Part shown: in pieces, positions 10,501 through 19,686 of the stretch
Position numbering within the stretch: the first letter of the stretch is position 1
Layout: each line of letters opens with the position of its first letter
NCBI GenBank assembly: GCA_963842525.1
Contig: CAWJGT010000034.1
Location: 416,001-480,000 of the forward strand
DNA: 64,000 nt
From: an uncultured Holophagales bacterium
Lineage (GTDB): Bacteria > Acidobacteriota > Thermoanaerobaculia > Multivoradales > UBA5704
Direction of reading: 5' to 3'
The notes under the pieces: model-generated
What the model was told of the DNA's origin: nothing
What the model saw: only the letters and a program-made list of their open reading frames with translations
Database searches by the model: none
Program-made: the position numbers and the translations under genes

Positions 10501-11437
10501 CCAGAGCCATTCGCTCGAGCGGAGCGCCGTCACGGACTATCAGGGAGAGTTCGAGCTCACCGATCTCGACACCGATCGCTATCACCTCGGAGTGATCGAT
10601 CGCAAGACGCTGGCGCTGCACAATGAGGACATTGTCCTCGACGAGGACCGGCAGGTCGAGATCCAACTCCGTGCCGGAACGGTCTCCGGGAACGTCCTCG
10701 ACAGCTCCAGCCGGGCACCCGTCGCAGGAGCGCTCCTCGCCCTCAGGCCGCTCGAGGGGGCCGACTTCATGATCGCCAGCACCTCGGAGGAGGACGGCAG
10801 CTTCCTACTGCCCAAGGTCCCGGAAGGCCGCTACCGGCTCGCCGCGCGCGCCGACGGCTACACATCTACCGAGCAGGAGGTCGAAGTCGCAGGCGCTGGA
10901 GTCGCCGGCCTCGACGTGAAGCTCGCGCCCACCCAGGGGCTCGATCTCATCGTTCGTCTGGCATCGGGCCAACCGCCGCAGTGGGTGCATCTGCGTGCGA
11001 CGGCCAGCGGCACTCTCTCGGAAACGCGCAGGGTCGGAGCGGATGGGCGGCTGAGGCTGGCAACATTGCCTGCCGGCGAATGGGACCTCTGGATCGCAGC
11101 TCCCGGAGGCGCCTCATTGCAGACCAAAGTAAGGGCTCCGGGAAAGACCGTGACGATCGATCTTCCACCAGCGGGCCGTCTCTCGGTGCAGGTGCCCGAG
11201 CTTGCGGAGTCCTCTCTTCTGGCGACCGTGGCCGTGTCGGGAGAAAGCCGGCAGCCGTTCTCGACTCTCACGTTCGGCGGTGAGATCTCCTCCTCCTGGC
11301 CCCTGAAGGCCGGCACTGCGGTCGTCGAGGGCCTCCCTGCGGGGCTGTGGACGGTGACGGTGCTCGCGCCGGATGGCCGGACCTGGACCAAGGCGGTTGC
11401 GACAACCGGGAGCGATGGAGCGGCGATCCTGGAATGA
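7588..11437 (+). CDS. Large secreted protein with many carboxypeptidase-regulatory-like domains; frameshift near 10043
   Basis: Signal peptide; repeated GRVLD-xxG-xPIxGARV...TDxxGRFxLxxLPxG modules; removing one C at 10042-10044 joins ORF 7588..10626 to 10049..11437 (ELPTVADGEYQ). Confidence 0.85.
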
Positions 11438-11475
11438 AGGCGGCTGCGGGGAGCTGCCCTCGCGGAACAGGAATC

Positions 11476-13108
11476 TCAGGCATCCCGGGTGATTCCGAGA
11501 GCCTTCAGGTATCTGTGGAAGGTCGCCTTGCTCAACCCCAGGCTCTCCCGCGCTGCCTTGACGCTGCCGCCGTGGCGCTCCAACCGCGCGAGGATCAGCT
11601 CGCGCTGAAAGGTGCGCATTGCATCGTGCATGGTGGCCCCCTCCCAGAGGAGGGGGCCGGCCTTCGGATTGGGCGCGGCGTGCAGGGCCTCGGGATAACA
11701 GCCTTCAATCAGGCCACGGTCGATTTGTGCGCCCGGCCGGGCATGGATGACGAAGAGCGAGCAGGCCCGCGAGACCTCCCGCACGTTGCCCGGCCAGTCG
11801 TAGGAGATCAGTGCTCGCAGCGCCTCCTGGCTGAATCCGAGGGTCCGCTTGCGGTGCTTGCTCTCGTGGTGACGCCGGAAGTGCTCCAGCAGCAGGGGGA
11901 TATCCCACGGGCGCTCGCGCAGGGGAAGGAGGCGGATCGCGAGAGTACGGAAACGATCGTAGAAGTCGGCTCGCAGGGTGCCTTCCCGAACGGCCTCGTC
12001 CAAATCGCGATTGGTCGCCAGGAGGACGGCGACGTCGACCGGGATCTCGCGCGTCTGCCCCACGGGCACGACGCGATGGTTCTCCAGGACCCGGAGCAGA
12101 TGGGCTTGCGCCCGCAGCGACAGCTCTGCGACCTCGTCGAGGAAGAGGACCCCGCCGTCGGCAGCCCGGAAGAAGCCGGGCTCATCCATCAAGGCGCCGG
12201 TGAAGGATCCCTTCTTGTGGCCGAAAAACCGGGAGGCGGCCAGCTCGTCCGTGATCTCGGCGCAGTTGACGACCACCAGGCGTTTGCGGCGGCGCGAGCT
12301 GTAGGCGTGGAGATAGCGGGCGATCAGGTCCTTGCCCGTTCCCCGCTCGCCCAGGAGCAGAATCGGCTCGGGGTTCTCCGCTTCGAGCGCGGGGATGTAG
12401 ATCTCGTGCAGCGTGCGACGCAGCGCCTGCGTGTGCGCCGAGTCGCCCAGAATCTCCGGCGCGTCGTCGCTCCCCTTGGCCGCTTCAAGGAGATCGCGGA
12501 GCTCGCGCTCCTGGCGCTCCTGGCGGAGATAGAAGCCGAAGATCCGGCCTGCCGCAGTGGCGTACCCCTCCAGCCAGGCGCGATCGTCTTCTCCATAGGC
12601 TTCGGCCACGCTGCTGTTCTGGAAATAGACCACGGCGAGCACCACGTCGCGCAACGGATCGCAGATCGGGGCGCACAGCACGCTGAACTGGCTTCCCTCG
12701 AGCGACGGGGTCTTGCGACGCGTCCTCCTGCAGCCGGGGATCCTCGATCAGCTCCGGCCGGCCGGTCTCGACGACCCGCTGGATGACTGAGGGGCTCACC
12801 CCGCGGACCGACTCTCCCCGCTCGCAAGCCTGCGATCTGCTCCGGGGTGAGATGGCCCAGGGTGTGCACGGCGCGCAGGCCGAGGGGCTCGGCTGGTTTC
12901 CACCAGGAGCAGGAGCGCCTTGCGTGCGCCCGAAGCCCCGGGCGGCGGCCTCGAAGGAGGCCCGCAACGCCGCTTCTTCGCCGCCGTCGCTGGACAGCAC
13001 GGCGAGGAGCTCGTTCATGGCTCCGAGGAGCTGGGCGTAGTCGCGCCCCGGCGGTTGGGACCTGGAAGCTGTCACGACTCTGGAAGTATCAGATAGAGCG
13101 GTGTCCAT
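11476..13108 (-). CDS. GAF-domain sigma54-dependent transcriptional activator (bEBP, Fis-type HTH); about four frameshifts in the GAF region
   Basis: RBS GGAG and ATG 13108; Walker A GERGTGKD, GSFTGA loop, GVLFLDEV, RADFYDRF, YDWPGNVRE, C-terminal HTH (AARESLGLSKATFHRYL); GAF pieces (VSPSVIQRVVETGRPELIED, SVLCAPI, VVYFQNS, DDRAWLE) are spread across frames. Confidence 0.85.
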
Positions 13109-13239
13109 GCAACTCCGTTCGCCAGTCCCAATTCTGCGCCCGCCGGGGTTCCCGCGGGTTCCAAAGATGGAACGCCCCATGTATTCATGCGCGGACAAGG
13201 CGTTTCATTTCAGGAGCTTGTGGCCCGCCGGTTGCCTGG

Positions 13240-13911
13240 TCCAGGTATTGGCCAGCCGTATCCCACGGTCGCCGACTTGCGGATCTATGCCCGTCATGTC
13301 GTCTCAAGGCTGGCCGGCAATCACGTGATCTTCTCTCCCACCTTTGACCGGGCACCGGACATCGACCCGGACAACTGCACGCCGACTTCCGCCAACGCGA
13401 GCTGCCGGATGCGGTTCGTCGGCGAGGAGATCAAGAGCACCTCGCCGCGGCACCTGGTCACCAACCACTGGGCGGGCAGCCTGGCGGTCGCCTCGATGCA
13501 GCCCTTCCAGGACCAGGCCTGGCTCGACTTCCAGATGTTCCAGAGCGGCCAGGCCAAGTCCGCGTCCAACTGCAACACGACCACGCAGCTCCAACTCATC
13601 ACCCAGCGGGCCCGCGAGATCCCGTTGACCCTGTGGGGCTATACGCCGACCAAACCCAGCGTGAACGGCGAATCCATCCACGACGGCGTCAACGGCGGCT
13701 GCCTCGGAACGCTCCACTACAACGCCTACCGCGCCCGGCAGACCGGCTACCTCTCACTGTTATCGGGAGCGACCGGGTACACCTACGGGGTGCAGGGCGT
13801 CATGGACTGGGGCGCCTTCGGATCGAGTTACACCGCGGGCATGGCGCGGCCTTCGAATTTCCAGATGGAGTACCTGGGGAACGTCTTCCGCGGCGTCTTC
13901 GAGGGCCTTGT
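13240..13911 (+). pseudogene. Fragment of a DUF4038/apiosidase-like glycoside hydrolase family protein
   Basis: WLDFQMFQSG, PTKPSVNGESIHD, RARQTGYLSLLSGATGYTYG resemble the C-terminal half of DUF4038; no credible start, and similarity stops where the convergent regulator ends. Confidence 0.55.
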
Positions 13912-13919
13912 GCCGCCGC

Positions 13920-14558
13920 CTACACCAACCCCTTGCGCTGCGCGTAGACCGCCAGCTCGAGGCGGCCGTCTACGGCCGTCTTCTGATAGATGTTGTGCAG
14001 GTGGATCTTGACCGTACCCTCGCTGATGAAGAGCTTTTCAGCGATCGCCCGGTTGCGCAGGCCGCTGGCGACCATGCGGACGATTTCGAGCTCGCGGAGC
14101 GTCAGAGTCTCGGCGGCCTCGAGGATGCGTTCCTCCCTCTGCAACAGCCGGCTGAGAGCGCGGTCCGTCGATCCCTTGTCCAGCCAGCGGCGGCCCGCAT
14201 GGACCTCCCGGACCGCCTCGACGAGGAGCCGTGGCGCCATCTCCTTGAGCACGACGCCGCCGACCCCGAGGCGCAGGGCTTCTACGAGCTGATCCTCCCC
14301 CAAAGCCGCCGTCAGCAACACCACCCGCGTGAGCAGCCCACCCGCCTCAATGGCTCGCAGAACGTCAAGACCGTCGCCCCGCGGCATCCGGATGTCCAGG
14401 ACCCCCACATCGGGACGGTGCACCCGAATGGCTCGCAGAGTCTCCTCCCCGTCCCGGCAGCGGGCCACGACCTCGAAGTCCTGCTCCAGCCGGAAAAGCT
14501 GCTCCAACCCGTCGAGAACGATCGGATGGTCGTCAGCCAGCAGCAGGCGGATCGGCAA
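13920..14558 (-). CDS. NarL/LuxR-family response regulator
   Basis: IRLLLADDHPIV, LDIRMP, LTLRELEIV...SEGTVKIHLHNIYQK; TTG 14558 follows RBS AGGGAGG. Confidence 0.92.
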   Translation of the reverse strand: MPIRLLLADDHPIVLDGLEQLFRLEQDFEVVARCRDGEETLRAIRVHRPDVGVLDIRMPRGDGLDVLRAIEAGGLLTRVVLLTAALGEDQLVEALRLGVGGVVLKEMAPRLLVEAVREVHAGRRWLDKGSTDRALSRLLQREERILEAAETLTLRELEIVRMVASGLRNRAIAEKLFISEGTVKIHLHNIYQKTAVDGRLELAVYAQRKGLV

Positions 14559-14560
14559 CG

Positions 14561-16258
14561 TCAGGCCCTCCCTTCGCACGGCAGCATGATATCGAGCCGC
14601 GCCCCGGCCGGGCTCGACTCCAGGGCAACCGAACCGCGTAACGACGTGACCCTCTCGAGCAAGGTGCGCGGCGCGAAGTCGCCCGCGCTCAGCTCCGCGT
14701 ACGTGAACTTCCCCGAGACCGGAAATCCCCGCCCGTTGTCGGCAATCATGAGAGAGAGGTGGCCGTCTTCTCCGTCAGCGATCTCGACTTGCACCGCCGT
14801 TGCATCGCCGTGCCGCACGGCGTTGACCAGGGCTTCGCGCACAACCAGATAGACCTCGCGCGCCAAAGGCTCCGGAATCCCCTTCAGCCCCTCGGTCCGC
14901 AGCTCCGCCCGAAGCCCCCATTCCAGCTCCATGCGCTGCACCAGCTCGGCCACCCGGGCGTCGAGGTCGCGGGCCTTATCCGCCGGCGCGAGCGGCGGCG
15001 GCTTCAGCTCCTGGATGAAAAAGCGCAAGTCGCGCTGCTCCAGAGCGATCAGCCGCTGCAGGGCGTCGAGCGCTTCGCGGGCCCGCTTCGGATCCTCGTC
15101 GAGCAGCCCCCGGACCGCGGCCAGCCGCAACCCGATCCCAGTCAACGACTGGAGGACACCATCGTGCAGGTCGCGCGCGAGTCGGAGACGCTCCTCCGTC
15201 GTCGCGGTCTCCTGGAGGGTCTGGTTCAGATAGAAGTGATCGAACCGCGCCGCCACCACGCTGGCGACCACCTCTCCGAGCACCAGGTCGTCGGATGTCA
15301 TGGCCGCTTTGTCAGCGAAGAAGAGGCGTCCCTCGACCGATTCTCCCTGGAGAGGAAGCGAAAGGACCACCCGCAGAGAGAAGCGATCGCGCAGTCCTGC
15401 GTCCAGCGGCAAGCCGCGCCAGCGCTGGAGCCCGTCGCGGCCGCGGCGGAGCACGGCCGGCTCCGGCACCGTCGCATCCAGGCACAGGAAGCTGTCCTGC
15501 GAAAGCGACTCTGCCACCAGACCAGCAAAGGACTCGGGAGCGGACCGGCTCCACGAGAAGGCACCGCCGCTCCAGGAAGCCAGATAGAGCCATGGCTCCT
15601 CCCGCTCCACCCAGGCAAGCAGCACACGCGGAGCCCCCATAGCCTGGGCGGAGTGCTCCAACAGGCCCCTGACCAGCACCTCGATCTGCCGCGGGACATC
15701 CTGCGGCCAGGCCGCCAGGTGCGCCATCTCGCGCCGCGTATGCTCCTCATGGGAGCCGAGATAGCCGAGGAGGACGGCCACGACGACCAGGTAGACGCTG
15801 CGGACGATGACCGGATAGACCTCGAAGCCAGGATCGTTCAGGACTTCCGCGACCCACAGGCCGACCCCGACGAACATGGCAAGGGACACGATAGCCGTCC
15901 AGAGCGTCCCCCGCCACTGCCACCGTAGCGTGGCGCAGACCAGGGCAAAGACAAAGTAGGCGGTGAACGGGCTCGCCGGCCCCCAGGTGAAGTAGATGAA
16001 GAGTGAAAAGAAAATCAGATCAAACACGTGGGTGACCAGGGCCACGCGGTGCGACGGCGCATCCCAACGCCAGACCAGGAGGGCGATCGCCGCCGCGTAC
16101 ACGACGTAGGCGGCCAGCAGCGAATAGGCGATGTCGGCGTACTTCGCCGGCTCGGCCGGATCGAGCCAGACGGCGAACAGGGAAAAGATCGCGAGGACCA
16201 CCCGTCCGGCGGCGATCAGACGCTCAGCACGGCTCTGCGGCGAATACAGGGGCTCCAT
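14561..16258 (-). CDS. Membrane sensor histidine kinase (HisKA_3 type)
   Basis: Several N-terminal TM helices; ERLRLARDLHDGVLQSL H-box; REALVNAVRHG and DNGRGF ATPase motifs. Confidence 0.9.
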   Translation of the reverse strand: MEPLYSPQSRAERLIAAGRVVLAIFSLFAVWLDPAEPAKYADIAYSLLAAYVVYAAAIALLVWRWDAPSHRVALVTHVFDLIFFSLFIYFTWGPASPFTAYFVFALVCATLRWQWRGTLWTAIVSLAMFVGVGLWVAEVLNDPGFEVYPVIVRSVYLVVVAVLLGYLGSHEEHTRREMAHLAAWPQDVPRQIEVLVRGLLEHSAQAMGAPRVLLAWVEREEPWLYLASWSGGAFSWSRSAPESFAGLVAESLSQDSFLCLDATVPEPAVLRRGRDGLQRWRGLPLDAGLRDRFSLRVVLSLPLQGESVEGRLFFADKAAMTSDDLVLGEVVASVVAARFDHFYLNQTLQETATTEERLRLARDLHDGVLQSLTGIGLRLAAVRGLLDEDPKRAREALDALQRLIALEQRDLRFFIQELKPPPLAPADKARDLDARVAELVQRMELEWGLRAELRTEGLKGIPEPLAREVYLVVREALVNAVRHGDATAVQVEIADGEDGHLSLMIADNGRGFPVSGKFTYAELSAGDFAPRTLLERVTSLRGSVALESSPAGARLDIMLPCEGRA

Positions 16259-16413
16259 CGCTCGTATGATAACCGCCGGGCGGCGGCTTCCGCCTCTATC
16301 CGAAGATATAGCTGCAAAATATATCGAACGTTACATGCAGAGCCCGGCACGATCTCCGTATACTGCCGGAAGACCGGCTGGACAGCCGTTTCTGGACCTT
16401 GAGGAGAGCCGCC

Positions 16414-16995
16414 ATGCCTTCGAGAATCGTCATTCTAAGTCTCCTGTCGATTGCGCTTCTGACCGCCGTGGGCTGCTCCCGGCACAAGAAGGCCACCACC
16501 GCACCCGAGGCCGCGCCGCCGCCGGCCCTCACCGAAATCGCGCCCGCCCCGGAATCCGCCCCCGAGCTCATGCCCGCACCTCCGGAGGAGCCCGAGCCCG
16601 ATCCGCTCAGCGCTGACCTCGCCTCCGTCAACGAGTACCTGCGGCAGCGGGGGCTCCTGGGGGACGCCTACTTCGACTACGACCGCGCCAGCCTCACCGA
16701 CCAGGCGCGCGAGCAGCTCGCGCGCAACGCCCAGATCCTGCGGCAGTACCCGCAGTTCCTCGTCACTCTTGAGGGGCATTGCGACGAGCGCGGAACCCCC
16801 GAGTACAACCTGGCGCTCGGCGAGCGGCGCGCTTTCAGCGCCCGGGATTATCTCGCATCCCTCGGGATCGACGAGGGCCGCCTGCTTACCATGAGCTACG
16901 GCGTGGAGCGGCCCGTGTGCTCCGACGCTGAGGAGACGTGCTGGAGCCAGAATCGCCGTGCGCACCCTGTGGTCACCGGCCGCAGCAATCAGTGA
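16414..16995 (+). CDS. pal: Peptidoglycan-associated lipoprotein (OmpA/Pal family)
   Basis: RBS GAGGAG; lipobox AVGC; YFDYDRASL, EGHCDERGTPEYNLALGERRA, SYGVERP, NRRA. Confidence 0.88.
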   Translation: MPSRIVILSLLSIALLTAVGCSRHKKATTAPEAAPPPALTEIAPAPESAPELMPAPPEEPEPDPLSADLASVNEYLRQRGLLGDAYFDYDRASLTDQAREQLARNAQILRQYPQFLVTLEGHCDERGTPEYNLALGERRAFSARDYLASLGIDEGRLLTMSYGVERPVCSDAEETCWSQNRRAHPVVTGRSNQ

Positions 16996-17033
16996 ACCGA
17001 TTCGCATCCCCGTTTTTCTCCCCGGGGAGCATG

Positions 17034-17061
17034 GGGCGGTCCCGGTGGGCCGCCCTTTTTT
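17034..17061 (+). terminator. Rho-independent terminator
   Basis: GGGCGGTCCC-ggt-GGGCCGCCC followed by TTTTTT. Confidence 0.75.
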
Positions 17062-17081
17062 GAGACGCAACCGATCGACCG

Positions 17082-17390
17082 CTTCGCCGTCGCGGTGATC
17101 CTCTTCGAGGGCGGCATGAACCTGCGCCTCGGGCGGATGCGCCGGGAGGCGCGAAGCATCCGCCAGCTCGTCACCCTGGGAGCCCTGGTCACAGCCGCTG
17201 GCGGTGCACTGGCCGCACACCTGATCCTGCGCTGGAATTGGGTCCTCGCCACCCTCTTCGGCACCCTCGTCATGGTCACCGGCCCGACGGTGATCAACCC
17301 GCTGCTGCGCCGCTTCAAAGTCAAGGAGCGGGTCGCGACCGTGCTGGAGGCGGAAGGGATCCTGGTGGACGCCATCGGCGCCATCGTCTA
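17082..17390 (+). pseudogene. Internal fragment of an NhaP-type cation:proton antiporter
   Basis: FAVAVILFEGGMNL...VTGPTVINPLLR...LEAEGILVDAIGAI are NhaP/CPA1 core motifs; both termini are missing. Confidence 0.72.
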
Positions 17391-17402
17391 TCGTGATCCG
17401 GC

Positions 17403-17418
17403 CGGAATAGAAATTGCA
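17403..17418 (+). promoter_or_regulatory. Candidate sigma54 promoter
   Basis: cGGAATAGAAATTGCa, GG-N10-GC, about 55 bp upstream of ATG 17471. Confidence 0.55.
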
Positions 17419-17470
17419 TGAGCTTCCAGGAGCGGTCCGGCCGTTGCAACTCGTCCTGAAAGGAGGTAGC

Positions 17471-18160
17471 ATGCACAAGCTCGAACGACGGGTCTTTTCT
17501 CTGGTGGCGTCCTTGACAGCTGCGGTCCTGCTCGCGACCGGCGGCAGCGTGGCTTCCCAGAGCACCAACGAAACGGAGGCGCAGGAGCAGGAGCCGCAGA
17601 GCCAGACGCAAGAGCAGGCGCCGGAAGAAAGCCCGTCCACGGCTCCTGCGCGGCGTTCGGTCCCTCACGTCACCGGCACGGTGGCGCGCTGGACCGGCAA
17701 TCGAATCGACCTGAAAACATCGGCAGGCAAGTCGCAGAAGGTCGCCGTCAACCGGGACACGGAGCAACTGGTGGAAATCAAGGAAGGCACCGAGGTGACG
17801 GTCGAGTACCACCGGATCATCAGCGGCTTCATCATTGCGGAACGTGTGCTTCCGGCCCGTGAGGACGCTCCGGCGGCGCAGCCCGGTACAGGCACGGCCC
17901 AAGGCCAGAACGCCAGCGCGGTGACCGGCAGCGTCGTCTCCTGGAACAATGCAGCGTTGCTCCTGCGGACCGAAGCGGGCGAAATCACCTTGTTCCTGTC
18001 GCCATCCACCGAATACCTGGTCAAGTCGCTCGACCCTGGGTTGCTGGTGACCGTCGAATATCGAGAAGGCTCGAACGGTGCCAGATTGGCAACGCGCGTG
18101 CTCGCCGCCAAGGCCAAGGACGAGGATTCGACCAAGAAGGACAGCGGATCATCCGAATAG
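17471..18160 (+). CDS. Secreted hypothetical protein with two internal beta-rich repeats
   Basis: RBS AGGAGG; signal peptide; two similar units VTGTVARW...EGTEVTVEYH...AERVL and VTGSVVSW...PGLLVTVEYR...ATRVL. Confidence 0.7.
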   Translation: MHKLERRVFSLVASLTAAVLLATGGSVASQSTNETEAQEQEPQSQTQEQAPEESPSTAPARRSVPHVTGTVARWTGNRIDLKTSAGKSQKVAVNRDTEQLVEIKEGTEVTVEYHRIISGFIIAERVLPAREDAPAAQPGTGTAQGQNASAVTGSVVSWNNAALLLRTEAGEITLFLSPSTEYLVKSLDPGLLVTVEYREGSNGARLATRVLAAKAKDEDSTKKDSGSSE

Positions 18161-18240
18161 GCAATGGAGCCGGCGGTCGCCTGTTTCACCACGGAGCGCC
18201 TCCTCGGCTCAGGGAATGCCTTGTAGCAGCTCTCCTGTCG

Positions 18241-18975
18241 TTGCAGCCAGGGCTCCTGCCCGCACAGCCCCCGAGCGCGAACCCTCCGGCCCGCGAAAGG
18301 ATCTACAACCTGGAACAGGGCGCGGTCAGCGAGGTGGCGTTGCGGCAGCGGTTCAGCTCCGGTCAATTGGAGCTTCTGGAGAAGCTGAACCGTTCCGATG
18401 TCGCCCACCTCGCACGCCTTCCGGTCCTCGTCATCCCTGAGCCATGGATCGACGACGAGTTGCAGCACAGCCCCCTGCCTCTAGACTCCTCATGGGCGAG
18501 CAGCCACCCGAAGGCGCTGATCGTCCACCAGCCGTCCCAGGTCTTCGGGGCCTATGAGCACGGCCGATTAGTGCATTGGGGGCCGATCAGCTCAGGCCGC
18601 GAAAAGTACCCGACGCCTTCGGGGCTCTTCCACCTGAACTGGAGGTCGCCCGGACGGAGCAGCACGATGGATCCTGACTGGTACATGCGTTGGTATTTCA
18701 ACTTCCAGAACGACCGCGGCCTCGCATTCCATCAACTCGAGCTGCCTGGCCGTCCGGCGAGCCACGCCTGTGTCCGGCTTCTGGAGCGCGACGCCAGGTG
18801 GATCTACGATTGGGGTGCGGGTTGGGTGCTCGACGAGCGGGGATGGAACGTGCTCGATCCCGGGACTCCGGTCCTGATCCTGGGGCAGTACGACTTCGAT
18901 GCGCCGCCGCCGTGGCGCTCCCTGGAATGGCTGGCGACAGGAGTGGAGCTGCCGGAGGAGGTCCCAACAGGCTGA
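18241..18975 (+). CDS. L,D-transpeptidase (YkuD family); true start probably upstream (~18164)
   Basis: GPISSGREKYPTPSGLF, GLAFHQLELPGRPASHACVRL catalytic His/Cys motif. Confidence 0.85.
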   Translation: MQPGLLPAQPPSANPPARERIYNLEQGAVSEVALRQRFSSGQLELLEKLNRSDVAHLARLPVLVIPEPWIDDELQHSPLPLDSSWASSHPKALIVHQPSQVFGAYEHGRLVHWGPISSGREKYPTPSGLFHLNWRSPGRSSTMDPDWYMRWYFNFQNDRGLAFHQLELPGRPASHACVRLLERDARWIYDWGAGWVLDERGWNVLDPGTPVLILGQYDFDAPPPWRSLEWLATGVELPEEVPTG

Positions 18976-18993
18976 TCAACGAAAGGAGCAGGA

Positions 18994-19566
18994 ATGTCCA
19001 ATCGCAAACGTCTGATTCTTGAAATCGTGGTGGCATCGCTGCTGGTCCTGATCTGTTTCGCAATCTGGAGCACCGCACAAAGGCGCAGCGAGCGGCAGCT
19101 CGCGGAGCTTGAAGCTCGGCAGGAGACCGCCCTCAGCCAGGTTCGGCAGGACTGCGGTGCACGCGCCGGGAGGCTGGCAGCCAGCGAGGCCACGGCGGTC
19201 TTCCGCGCCTTCGCAGCGGGCATCCAGGGAGCCACCCTGGGCCAGCAGAAAGGGATGCTGGACATGGCGAAGGGAAGCCTTCTTCGCCTGCCCCATGTCG
19301 CCTTTATCCACGTTCTCGCGCCGGACGGCAAGGTCCTGACTAGCAGCAACGGGAAGTATGCTGTCGCCGGGAAGGCCGACGCCCGCGCCTCCTGGGCTCT
19401 CCAGGCGGCCGACCTGCAGACCCGGCCCGGTGACCTGCCGGGTACGACCGAGGTCGCAGCGCCGTTCCAAGGCGCATCGGGACGCGTCGCGGTCCTGTGG
19501 CTGGGCTACAAGACGCAGGAGCTGCTCGCGGCGAGCGGAGAGGAGGGCGCGCCGGCCGGAGGGTAG
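18994..19566 (+). CDS. Hypothetical protein with an N-terminal membrane anchor
   Basis: RBS AAGGAG; N-terminal TM helix, short coiled coil, Cache-like IHVLAPDGKVL segment. Confidence 0.65.
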   Translation: MSNRKRLILEIVVASLLVLICFAIWSTAQRRSERQLAELEARQETALSQVRQDCGARAGRLAASEATAVFRAFAAGIQGATLGQQKGMLDMAKGSLLRLPHVAFIHVLAPDGKVLTSSNGKYAVAGKADARASWALQAADLQTRPGDLPGTTEVAAPFQGASGRVAVLWLGYKTQELLAASGEEGAPAGG

Positions 19567-19686
19567 CTGGCAGCCATTCTTGATAGTGTACGTGACAGGT
19601 GGGCCATGGGACCAGCATCGAGGGGAGCGAGGCCGGCTCGATATCGGTGGCCGCCGCCGCGCTGGTGACCGCCACGGTCCCTGAGG

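Noticed and set aside
11347-12786. 479-aa plus-strand ORF and similar long antisense ORFs (e.g. 19897..22011, 27384..29300, 35631..37502, 43721..46084, 45903..47693, 61041..62996)
   Set aside because: They are shadow frames opposite well-supported genes in high-GC DNA and contain no recognisable motifs.
16345-16360. sigma54 site upstream of pal (CGGCACGATCTCCGTA)
   Set aside because: The -24 half matches but the -12 position is GT, not GC.
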